From Tubulanus polymorphus (Eukaryota; Animalia; Nemertea): DNA of 64,000 nucleotides. The notes beneath the pieces were generated by a model. It searched no databases and was not told the origin of the DNA. It saw only the letters and a program-made list of their open reading frames with translations. The position numbers and the translations under genes were made by a program. Shown piece by piece: positions 53,116 to 64,000 of this stretch (position 1 is its first letter; every line of letters begins with the position of its first letter). The stretch spans positions 19,936,150 through 20,000,149 of the forward strand of contig NC_134026.1 in the NCBI RefSeq assembly GCF_964204645.1. Reading direction: 5' to 3'.

Positions 53116-56100
53116 ATGAAGAAAATGGGAAAACTTAGTCTTAGTCGAAAGAAGGTATTGCAACATTTTAAATGCAGGTATCAGTCTGCTGTGTGCCTGG
53201 ATTCACTCCCTAAGGCATTTGATATTTGATCACTGCTCTTCCAGTTTGAACTATCCACGCTTCAACAGGATCTCGCCTCTAACTTTTGGTTCTCGGGCTT
53301 CCATAACGAGACCCTTATTTTCATATTATCTATGGTTGTGTCTTTTTTTCAGTGACTTAGCTTTGTTAATAGTGGGTTGATTCTGATGAAACTTGGGTAC
53401 ACTTTTAGTATGGGGGGTCTAGTTGTGCAGTGCAAAGAATGGCCCCAGTGCACCACCTAGCGGTAGAACTAGGCACTAAAGACTCTTGTTTTTCAGTGGA
53501 ATGAAGAATTCATACCTCATAACTGAGAAACGGGGTCGAAATTCATAAACTTGTCTTGAGAAAATATAGTTATTGGCCCAAGAGGCAACATATCCGAAAT
53601 TCATTGGGAGCTAATGCATAGGAAATTTGTAGTCTAGTACCTAGCCGTCGTTCCCCAAACAACCCGTAACAACGACTGGTATTCAGAAATTTGGAAATTT
53701 GGAGTTACAAATCCGAGCCTGACTGAGCACAAGAACCGTTGTTGCCTATGGCTTGTTTTAATCGATAAATATTTGTCATCTTATGAACATCAGTTATTTG
53801 CAATTTTATCCGAGCACCTTCAAAAAGTGATAATCTAGAATTCAACTTAAATTCTCTGAAAGGTGGGTGGGGGGCGTGAGGTTGGATCCAGGCTGCAGGT
53901 TGATACCTCCATAATAGACTGTTGTTCAGTTCTCTGACAAAAGCTGGTCGAATTTTTTTTTCACAATACTTTTTCTTCCTTTTTGCAGCCAAATGAATCG
54001 ACTCCATCGAGTGAAAAGCAAACCAGAATATCGAAATTCTTCCAACAACAGGTTAGTCGGTCACTCATTCGATGTAAACGGCCCACATAGAAAAAAAGTT
54101 CAAAACATAGTCACTTCTATGAGAAGTTACTTGAATGTACTTCTATGTACGTATCGTAGTATAGAATACTAATAAAGACAAAAAGGGACCCAAAGGAGAT
54201 ATGATTTTAACAAAAAATCCTAACACCCATATGGAATTAGAATTGGATGGGAAGCCAATCAAGAAAGGGAAAGACAAAAGTAACTAGATTTCCGCCAGTG
54301 CTGCCATAAATTTTAAGTTTTAAAAATAGGATTTACAGTTCATACATATAATCTGCTAGTTTCAGAGAGACTATTATATTTCTATCAGAATTTGATATTT
54401 CGTTTAGAAGCAGTTAGAAGATGAATTTTATGTACGAAAATAAAAGTGGAAAATATATAATGATAGTCAACAGAAGTACAAGAAGGTTTTCTGCGCGAAA
54501 ACCCTAATAATAGGTACCAAAAACTATTGGTACAATCCTAATGTATATGCCTTTACAAATTCCCCTTGAAGATGTCAATGAACGTAAAATTACATTTCAG
54601 CCTGAAAATACACCTGCGAAGTCCAGCTTATTTACAGTCGTCGGTCGAGATTCCGTTGGAAAGAGTCTTTCTGTCGAAAAAACTGCCATCGCAATCGATG
54701 ACACGCAAGAATCCGTTGTACCGAAATGTTTCGACGGGAGCATCGCGAGCCCCGTCGTATTCGACCGCTCGACTACGCCGTCGGATATAACGAGGACTAG
54801 TCGAGCCGACTCATCCGTCCGACGAAGCTCGACGGAATCCGATAGTTCCGTGATCCTAGCGACGCCGGAAGAAAAGCTGGCGAAACGCTTTCCGAAAGGT
54901 CGCAGTTTTCTCGCCGGGCTCGGGCAGTACACGACGATCGGTTCGAATGCCACGTTTGCTGCTGGTAAAAATGCGAATGGGACTACTAAAAAGAAAGCAA
55001 AACCGCCGAAAGTGGCCGCGACTCCGTACGACGGTGTGAATTATCGGATAGACGACTACGGTGATAATTTCGAAGTCGACCCGGTTCGAACGGCCGCTCT
55101 GCTCGGCACCGTAATGCCTGTGACTCCCATCGAGACGGATTTGTCGTTGGAGCAGCTGTTCCCGGGCGGAAAGTTGATTTTCGATCCGTCGCCTTCGCCG
55201 AGTATTCTGTCGAAGCGCAAGGTGCAAATGAAAAGGTCGGCGGCGAAAGGTTTGTCGCCGAATCCGAAGCGAGCTTTGCCGACGTTTTCGCCTTCGGACG
55301 ACGATAAAGTGAAACGACACCTCGACGTCGACTTTCGCGACGACGCCGATATCGTGATGTCGACGCCGGTGACGCCGGTGACGTCTTCCAACGCGAAGAA
55401 ATCCGGATTTCGCTTGAAGAACAGTTCGATATATCGAATGTCGAAAACGAATAATAGATGTCGGGCGAAAAACGACGACGAACTATCCGTTACGACCGAC
55501 GGCGATGACATTTTGGACAGCCTGCTTACTGAAATAAAGGTCAAGAAATCTTCGCCGAAACTGTTAACCGCAAAAAAGAACGACCATCCGTCGCGCGCGA
55601 TAAAAACGACGACGGAAAAGCCGCGAGTAGAATCGGCCGCCGTTCGCGACAAAAACGAAACGGAAGTTCTGGCCGACATCATCAACGAGATTCGAGGCTG
55701 CACACAAGCGCCGAAGCAACATGGCTACGATAAAAGTCTACAGTCGTATCAGTCGCGATTGTCTTGTAAAGAAAACCGCATCCGACAATGTTCGGGCGAA
55801 AATACGAAAGCGAAAAAAGCACGCGACCCCGACAAACTTTCGCCGAGTTATGACACGAAATTTTCATCGCCTATGATTTTGAATGAAGGTCCAATTGAGA
55901 GAATGGCTGTTAGTTCGACGCCTGCTGGCGTTGATGCTAAATCAGCGACCCTGGAGGGAGCGGAGGATTCTTCACAAGACGAACTCGAAGTGTCGAACGA
56001 ACGATCGTTTCAAAAGTTGGCCTCATCGACCGAAGCTACTGCCGCCAATCTTTGGGGTGGAAATTCAAACGCGTTTTCCGATTCCGGCGGGTTCATGCCA

Positions 56101-59100
56101 TTCAGTAACGACGATTCGTGGATGGAACACATCGACCTCGATAATCCGGAAGACGGCTTGACGAAAAAACTAAGTCAACTCAGCCCATTCAAACAGTCAG
56201 CTCCGTGAGTATTGTTTTCAATATTGATTGAAAAAAATTACTGTTGCCGTTTTGTTTGAGAGAGTTAGTTCCACAGATGTGAGTTGCAGTTACCTCTGAG
56301 TTTGAATTATTTTGTTTTCAAATATGTCAAACATGTTGTAACTCGTCCGATTTAGATTTTAACCCTGAACAGGTGCAACCAGGTTCTGTGGTGGATTCTT
56401 GCTGTGAATTTATCAATGTCAACTTGAGAAAATCAGAGTTTCTCGAAAAAATGTCAAGTTTAAGGAATAGTTCCTTATTCCACTGATGTATTACAGTAGT
56501 TAGATTCTGACATAAAATTCTCAATTTTATGTTGATTGTTTTTTCCAAAATACCTTATTGAACTTGAAGCCGGAAAATGTACAGAGTTGAAATCAAACAA
56601 TTTTTTGAAAATACACAATAAATTGCTAGAACATTATAAAAACACAGATACAGATGAAGTAGATTACCCTTTTGAAAAATTAGTCAACTAAACTTGGATC
56701 CATTGTGAGTTAAATCTGACTCTTAGAGTTTGAATAATTGGAATGAACTACCTTTTAAGACAGTTATGAGTTAAATGTAACGATTACTGTAGAACTGGGG
56801 ACCTGTAGTTGTACACGTACAATAAATCTCATGATGAATCGAGTTTGAAATAAACCATTTCTATTTCAGCTGCGTTGAAAATTACGACCCGCAATCTATT
56901 CATGCTCCGGCTGCAGGGTATGGGCGTCATGTCGTCATCAATGTTCACATGTCAAAGTGAGTACATGTACCGGTATATATAAGCTACTAAGTTGTGTAAG
57001 TTCGCAGACTTGGCATCTTTTTATGATCCAATCTTTTAATTGTGCAGCTCTAGTCTTACACTCGACATTCAAGCCGATGACAGTGGGCCGGTAAAGAAAT
57101 GTATATTGACTGGATTTTGGTAAGTTATAGCCTAAGAATGTAAACCTTGACTTATTGGGAAATTTCTCGACGTACGAAGTATCAACGTGATGATATTCAT
57201 CATTCAAAAATAAACACCTAAGTCTAAGCAAGATTGGCCTACTGTAATAAATTCTAGTAAAACTTTCATTGAGAATTTTAGAATCAGGTCTTGATTCTGA
57301 TATCTATGGTATCTATTTTTTCAGGATGGATACCATTATCAAATGTGGAGATGTTGTACATATTCTGGCTGATTTTGACGGAAACGATACGGCTTACGTA
57401 TCCGACGAGCACGGTCTGCTCGTCGTGAATCCAGATTTTCTGATATCCGGAACAACTGTGGTATCCACAGTTTACTGTATGCGCAAGTAAGTTCCTTTCC
57501 CTGTCGACGCAATGTTGCAATTCTGTATGTTTGATTTGCATGGAAAAATCTCAAGTTGCCCTGCCATCTATCTTACGATTGCGGAATAATCTTTTATATT
57601 TTGCATATACCGGTATTGATTTTGTACTGTAAAAACCTAATTACAGAAAACTTTACTTTCATTACATTTACTATCTTTGATTTTAGGTCTGTATTGAATA
57701 ACAAATTCAAGGTAATGTAATAATCTTTCACGGGGCTTAATGAATTTGATATCTTTATGAAATACAATGAAATGAAATTTGTTTTTATTCTATTGCAGGG
57801 TTCTGAAGGCACTAGTATCCACATGCTGAAAGGTAGCATGATTCATAGTTTATTTCAAGAGGTAATTTTTTCACTTATAAACCTTGATTCATAGAAAATG
57901 ATCTAATATAAACGAATTTAACACAAGAGCCCAGATAGAAATTAGTAAAATGTAGGCTTTTTCCCATTTTAGTCATGGTTTATGTCCTTCTTCAAATGCT
58001 GTTGATGGTCCTAATAAAGAATCATAAATTTTCATTAAAAAGTGACAATCTTCTGAATTTCACAGGTTCTGGAGCGGAAGACTTTCACATTGAAGGGAAT
58101 CACGGAAACAGCGCGGAAAATCTTACAGCAAAAACCATTTTTACATGACATGTAAGATATTAGTTTTATTTTGAAAAAAATGTTCTCTTACGATTGATGG
58201 AAAGGTATATGTGTGCACAGAGGTGTATTTGATGATCTACTTTAGGTCCAGTTACCTAGTTATACTGAAATCAAACAAACATACCCAGTACATAGTCCGT
58301 TGTACGGGATGAGTAGTTACTAGAATTCGATTTGCATTACGTGTATAAGATTTATTGGATGGTTGTATAGTTGTGAGACTGGCCCCTTTCCTCTCTTACT
58401 CAGGTATACTTTGGGGTTAAAGGAACAAAACTTGATGGAAGAAATCGAAAAGTTTATCCCTCAAATCAAACTTTGGATGGAAAAGTACACTACAGTAAAT
58501 AAGCAACATATATTCGGTGAGCGAGCGGTTCAGCGGTCAGCGGCAGACGTTGAAGTTTTGGATGTGAAAGATATCGAAGAGAACGTCTGGTCACCAAGGT
58601 AAATTGACTCTTCCACTTTCTGCCGTAGGTATCAGCCAAGACTTACCACTCAGACATTCAACACTTTATTAACAGAGTTCTTCAAATTTTTGATCGTCCA
58701 GGCTTCATGTGTCCAAGAATCTCAACTCAGACATTTTTTATTCAAAATGAAGCAACAAATGGACCAAACATAAGTCATTTGATCACACTTTAAAACTAGT
58801 GATCGTTCATGCTGTAATGTTAAATGTCTGAAGAGGGTGTCCCCAGCCGCAAATTGATATGCATTGATCAACAGAATACATAGATGTTTATATATCATAT
58901 TTATTCTCTTATTACCGGTATGTTAGTAATATCTTTTTACCGACCAGATTTGGTATAAAAGGGAAAGTCGATGTCACAGTCGAAGTTCGAATACAGGCGC
59001 CGAGCGGACGGGAAAGAAAAGTTGTTCCGTTAGAACTGAAAACGGGGAAGCCTTCATTTTCAGTCGAGCACAAGGGTCAGGTAGTGTATCGGGGCTTCTT

Positions 59101-62100
59101 TGAAGCATATTGTGATGCTGTAAAATGACTTGTTATGAGCAAATCGATAAAAGATAAGTACATCTCGTGAACTCTTGATTTATTTTAGGTGACGCTGTAT
59201 TCGATGATGATGTCAGACCGTCGAATCGACCCCGAATCTGGACTTCTGCTCTATTTGTTAGACGGTTCCATGAAGGTCATTCCAGCTCATCAGCCTAATA
59301 AAAGAGGTACATTAGGAGGAGTAGTTTTCTGTCTGGATTGTCGGCCCATCTATCATATTTTTGGGGGCAAAAGCTTTAAACTCATATGAACCAATAATTA
59401 ATGGAATGAACATCTTATACAATATCAACATACAATAGTTCTTGCCTCCTCTGTGATTGTATTTACACCGGAATTAAGTTAGAGTAAGGCTTAAAATAGA
59501 ATCCACAGTTGTTATGACTAAAGTGATTGCAAATTGAACCATCCCTGCCCTAAAGGCATCCTATTCATTTTCATAATTGACATTAAAAATATCGTTCAAG
59601 GCTTTACCTTACTAAAACTGTAGAATATCTATAAGGCTGTTCGATCAACTAAATCCTCGATTAACTACTTGGAACTTGTATTCATCACTGTAGGTTTGAT
59701 TCAGTTACGTAATGAACTGGCGCAGTATCTATCGAATTCGTTGACGAAGACCGAAGACGGGTGGCGTTTAGCGGATTTACCTCAACCGATAAATAATTCG
59801 AGAGGCTGTTCGAAATGTTCGCAGTTACTCAACTGCACCGCTTATCAAAAGTAAGAACAGTACAGCGGAAAATCAGCTACATTCGTTTAATCGGCGCTAT
59901 AGTGATAATCATTTTCTAGGTGTATCGAGAATCGTCAACCGTCGTCTGGCCACGCCATGGAAAATCTGATTCCGTCGACGTTATCGCACTTGAATTCGAC
60001 GCACCTTCGCTACTACGCCCACTGGTGCCTGCTGTTTCATTTGGAAGCAAATGTGGATAAGAAGAAAATGCAGAACATTTGGTGTATGACGGCATTAAAG
60101 AGGTATGCGCGCTACTAGAATTGGGCGGTTATACTTTCATAGAATTCTCCTTCCCCATTACTAACGAGATGTCCTGTTAAAAATGATTTAGGTTATTTTG
60201 TTGACGCATTCGCTGTTGATTGCTTTTTTGCCCAATTTTATTCTATGCTATTCTGAAAAAAAATTAATTTTGTGTGTACCGAACTTAAGATACCCCAGTG
60301 AATCTTATTTCTCCCAATTTTGTTGTATAAACGGGCATACCGCTCTAATGCATCTACACCGCGCTGCGGTGTATCGTAAGTTGCTAATATTTCACTATCT
60401 TTGACATGCTGCCATCTCCCAATAAACTAATTACTAATTACATGGATACGCTGCAATGTGGTGTACTAGCTAAGTCCATCAACGATTTGTACACTGCAAT
60501 GCTGTGTAGACGCACTGACAGGGTTAAACTTGTGTTGTTTTCCGTTGGTGATTTCAGGGAGTCTCATGGCGAGTGCTTACATGGAATGATTCTGAACGAT
60601 AGCGCCAAACAACTCGAAAACGGAAGATTCGTCCAAACATTCCGAAAACATCCTAAATATGCCATGTAAGCCTGATACATTTGTCTTCACTTCTGTGTTC
60701 ATTTCTGATTTCATTAGTCTGTAGAATCCTTTCAAACGAAATCAATGCTTGGGCTGAACACGAAGCAAAATCTGAGATTTGTTGCAATGGAACATTCGTT
60801 TAACTTGAATTGTGAGTTTACTAAAAAATCATCGATTCCAACCAATTCCGCATTTCTCAGTTAAGATTTAACTCATTGGAAATAAAGGTAGTCGAATCAA
60901 ACGCTCTAATATTTGTGAACTGTAGATAAATGAAGAAATCCCTCAATACAAATTTTATACGATGAAATTTACTGAGAAGTAACAATGCATGTTTTGTTAT
61001 ATGCTTTGTTACTTCTTTTTCTGGTCATTCCACTTGATGATGGCTGTTAACCCAACAGCTGAAATCGTGTGGTTTCATTTTGTTAGATTTTATTGTACAA
61101 GATTTGTATTGTGGGATTTCTTCATTTATTGGAAATGAACTAATTTTACTCTTTAATTTGAATTTAAACAAAAATTGTGGTTCTGGGTTATGTGCTATGA
61201 AACTGATACTGTTGTGTTGGCTGTCTCTCCTGGGGGATCTTGCATGATCTTTCCTGAGCTTCGAAGTTAATTAACAAATGAGTCTAACTCCTATTGATTG
61301 TTACATGGAGCTTTTATTGTTATGATCCATCCAAACGACAATGGCGTCGTTCTTGTCAAGTCTATGATTATTTCTCTGATTACCTATTTTGTGGCTTACA
61401 TATTTCATCGTTTTGTTATCGCAGGAAACTCGCGAATTCCGTACTTTCTGCGAGTGACAGCATCGTCGTTAGTTGCGAAAATAAATGCCAGATTTCGCTG
61501 ACGATGGGCATCGTACAATCAGTTACCGAGGATAGCATCGCTTTAGTCGTTGACAGGTAATCTCTTCATTGAATTGTAATTTGTCTGTTGATTGTTGATT
61601 CTTGAATGACGGATATCTTGAGGAACTTCATAGCGACAATAGTTGTGTATGGGGTTCTTATGAGTTTTGGAAAGCTCTTGGAAAGTTTAAGAAATCGGGA
61701 ATTTTTTTCTCAGCCTTGGAAATGCTATGGAAATTTTGTTTTATTCTCAGTGGCTATGGAAAAGGCGTGGAAAATTGGGAAAAGAGTTTTCCTTCAATTT
61801 TAAATAATAGGCTGCATGCATAATTGTCTTACTTCAATTTTGATAACCAAAGGGAGTTATCACTTTCCAGATAACACATTGTCATAGCCACTATGAAAAA
61901 AATCTTTATGAAAAAGCTTTGTCAATGGTAGGCCTATTAGTAATTGCCACATATTTACTTAGAAAGGGCATCTATATGAAGAAGAGGTTGAGGATGTGTA
62001 ACTTTGGGTGTGGTCTTTTGTATTGTATGGAAAATCTGTAATCTGGATATGGATAATGAAGTGCCATGCAACAAATATATATTAAGGCTAAAAAAAATTG

Positions 62101-63686
62101 ATACCTTGTTTCTCCGCTCTGCTGAGCTTAAATGTTGACCCGGCCGGCCGCCTATCTACCCTATACATTACTTTTTTTTAAATCGTGATCAATTTTACCA
62201 TAACAGACCCGGCCGGTATAGAAATGAACTGTTTATAAATTTTATCATATTTTACAAAAATGACCCGGCCGCTGCGGAGAAACAAGGTATCATTTTTGTT
62301 TAGCCTAATAATTAGGTTTTATTGCCCCTAGCCTATATTTCTTCGTCTCTCCTTGGGTAGAAATACCCTCCGACCCACTGTACTACTCAGTGTTTAGCAG
62401 TCATCTATCATTTGCTCATGGGCGTGGATCATTTGCTCATGGGTGTGGAGAAGGGCGATGAATGCAAACTGTCTTGCCCAGGGACTCTACATGTAGTACT
62501 ACACTGATTTCAAACCCCCAAGAGTGAAAGTTATACGAAGTCAGTGTTTTTGGGGAAACACTGTATGATCCAACGTTCTTTTTTCAGAGATCTGCGAAAA
62601 TACTCCGATTGGAAATCGATGGTGTTCCGCATCGATAAATGCGATTACTACAACTCGATGGGCAGTAATTTCAATAATGTGTCGAAACTAATGGAAGACA
62701 CCCCCGTTAGGTAAAATCAGAAATGGATAAAAATCGATTTCACGGTTCCATCCTCAATTCCCTGCATTACTTACTAATCATTTTAGTTGTACTTTTTGAA
62801 CAGCGCTAAACTCCGAGAATTGGTCATTGATTTGAGAGTGCCTGAATTCAATCATGTCCTGCCTAAAACTGACATTGCCAAAGGTATGAAATTCTATATG
62901 AAGGTATTTTATTTGGCAAGTGTGGATGACGCTTTGAACTGTTCACTTTTTTTTGCAGTGAAGCATATTTTCAAATTGTTGAACAAACCACAGAAAACTG
63001 CTGTTTTAAAGGTGGGTCTTTTGAATCATTTAGACGATAGTTTCTAGAGAATATTGTTCGTAAGTTCCTGGCGTCGGTTTATAGACTGGTATTATCCTGG
63101 GGGTTAACTTAATTCATTTTCAATTGAGTTAACCAGTTAACCCCCTGGTTTGAGTTGTTAGCAGTCTATAGAATCGGCCCCTAGGTTTTGGATCTAACCC
63201 TCAAAGTTGGAAATTTTTTTGAATAAGACCACCAGTCCAGAGGAATCAATTGATTTCGAAAGAAATCTTCCCTGTAATCTAATGGCTTTGTTTCATCTCT
63301 TTTACCAGGTCTTGATGTGCAGAGATTATGTGCTAATTAAAGGCTACCCTGGAACGGGTAAGACATCCACTATTGTTTCATTAGTCAGGGTTCTATCCGC
63401 TATGGGTTTGTCTGTTTTACTGACCAGTTATACTCACTCTGCTGTTGACAATATTCTGCTCAAAATGACAAAGGTAATTTGGCATTGTTTGATTGTTCAC
63501 AACATCGCAACTCCTTATAGTCCAAGATCTTTTATGTTATGTACTTCAATTTCGTAGCATAAACTGGATTTCTTGAGACTGGGAAGGTTAGAAAGAATTC
63601 ATCGCGATATACAGCAATTCTCCGCTGAACATTTGACGAAAGATATCAACAATGTAGCCGATTTAGAAATGTTCTACGCCTCAAAG
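53116..63686 (+). CDS. DNA2: DNA replication ATP-dependent helicase/nuclease DNA2 (multi-exon, 3' end beyond window)
   Basis: GT-AG exons read by eye: 53116-53154, 53989-54051, 54601-56204, 56870-56956, 57048-57119, 57325-57486, 57687-57711, 57799-57861, 58066-58151, 58404-58598, 58948-59080, 59189-59306, 59694-59850, 59920-60102, 60558-60665, 61425-61556, 62588-62710, 62804-62883, 62959-63011, 63309-63473, 63558-63686. Motifs: [39 protein letters not shown] (PD-(D/E)xK nuclease), [10 protein letters not shown] (Fe-S), GYPGTGKT Walker [12 protein letters not shown] (SF1B motif Ia). Confidence 0.95.
53989..54051 (+). CDS. DNA2: DNA2 63-nt exon carrying PIP box QTRISKFF
   Basis: Strong polypyrimidine acceptor TTTTTGCAG|, donor CAG|GTTAGT, phase 0-0; translates [21 protein letters not shown]. 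Confidence 0.8.
54601..56204 (+). CDS. DNA2: DNA2 large exon encoding ~535 aa S/T/P/D/K-rich disordered N-terminal extension
   Basis: Stop-free 1604-nt exon bounded by TTTCAG| and |GTGAGT; phase 0 in and phase 2 out, matching the neighbouring exons. Confidence 0.85.
60925..61130 (+). mobile_element. Penelope-like inverted-repeat remnant with degenerate hammerhead motif, in a DNA2 intron
   Basis: ~50-bp inverted arms (ATAAATGAAGAAATCCC.../...GGGATTTCTTCATTTAT) around CCAC-TTGATGA-TGGCTGTT-aaccc-AACAGCT-GAAA-tcgt-GTGG (61030-61072). Confidence 0.5.
62086..62305. mobile_element. Kolobok-like MITE in a DNA2 intron
   Basis: TTAA-GGCTAAAA...ATACCTTGTTTCTCCGC / GCGGAGAAACAAGGTAT...TTTAGCC; related pieces at ~16912-17200, 38520-38690, 40117-40240. 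Confidence 0.65.
62345..62520 (-). mobile_element. Degenerate tRNA-derived SINE remnant
   Basis: Minus strand GGGTTTGAAATC (B-box-like) followed by GTCCCTGGGCAAGACA, a common SINE core motif. Confidence 0.45.
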
Positions 63687-64000
63687 GTAATGTTCAAATG
63701 GGAATTTCTTTCTTTGATGTAAACTCTTAACTCCTTAACACTATAACATGCTATTGAATGTGGAATTTCAAATACTGTATGATATAATTTGATAGGTGTT
63801 AAATGTTCAAAATTCGCAATCAGTCTCAAAACGATTAAGTTTGGATTGTTTTCCTCATTGAAAACATGAAGTAACCAATAGCGACTAAACCAAACATTTG
63901 AGATTATCTCGTGTTGTGAAACTGGACTCGGACATTTTTTTATGGACTTGAGATTTGTAATACCATGCTATTTAAGAGAGGTACTTTAAGTACCTTCATC

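Noticed and set aside
54541-54600. ORF-track start MYMPLQ... as the start of a standalone 555-aa protein
   Set aside because: Intronic read-through; a TTTCAG acceptor at 54600 and a donor at 56205 make it an internal DNA2 exon

Overview
Eukaryotic, intron-rich, AT-rich but CpG-undepleted DNA from an invertebrate animal, probably a protostome (inferred from a bantam-like site). About 1-42 kb is a gene desert with CpG/TAAT-rich enhancer-like islands, many nested MITEs, five CATG...CATG mini-palindromes with 7-bp target duplications that look like P-element excision footprints, two IS3EU-type elements, and one decayed RTE-clade LINE (24381-~28510) whose 5' end folds like an HDV-type ribozyme. 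At 49975-50352 (-) is a small gene for a BH3-only pro-apoptotic protein (LATRLRAIGDEID, hydrophobic tail, Met-Cys-Arg N-terminus). It has a splice donor 2 nt after the stop codon and a predicted ~4-5 kb 3'UTR carrying a near-full-length bantam complement plus miR-92, miR-36, let-7 and miR-2 seed sites. Head-to-head with it, a multi-exon DNA2 nuclease/helicase gene (+) runs off the window end. It has an unusually long N-terminal disordered region with a PIP box, CIP-like helices, a KEN box and many S/TP sites. Exon and UTR models come from reading splice signals only; no transcript evidence is available.
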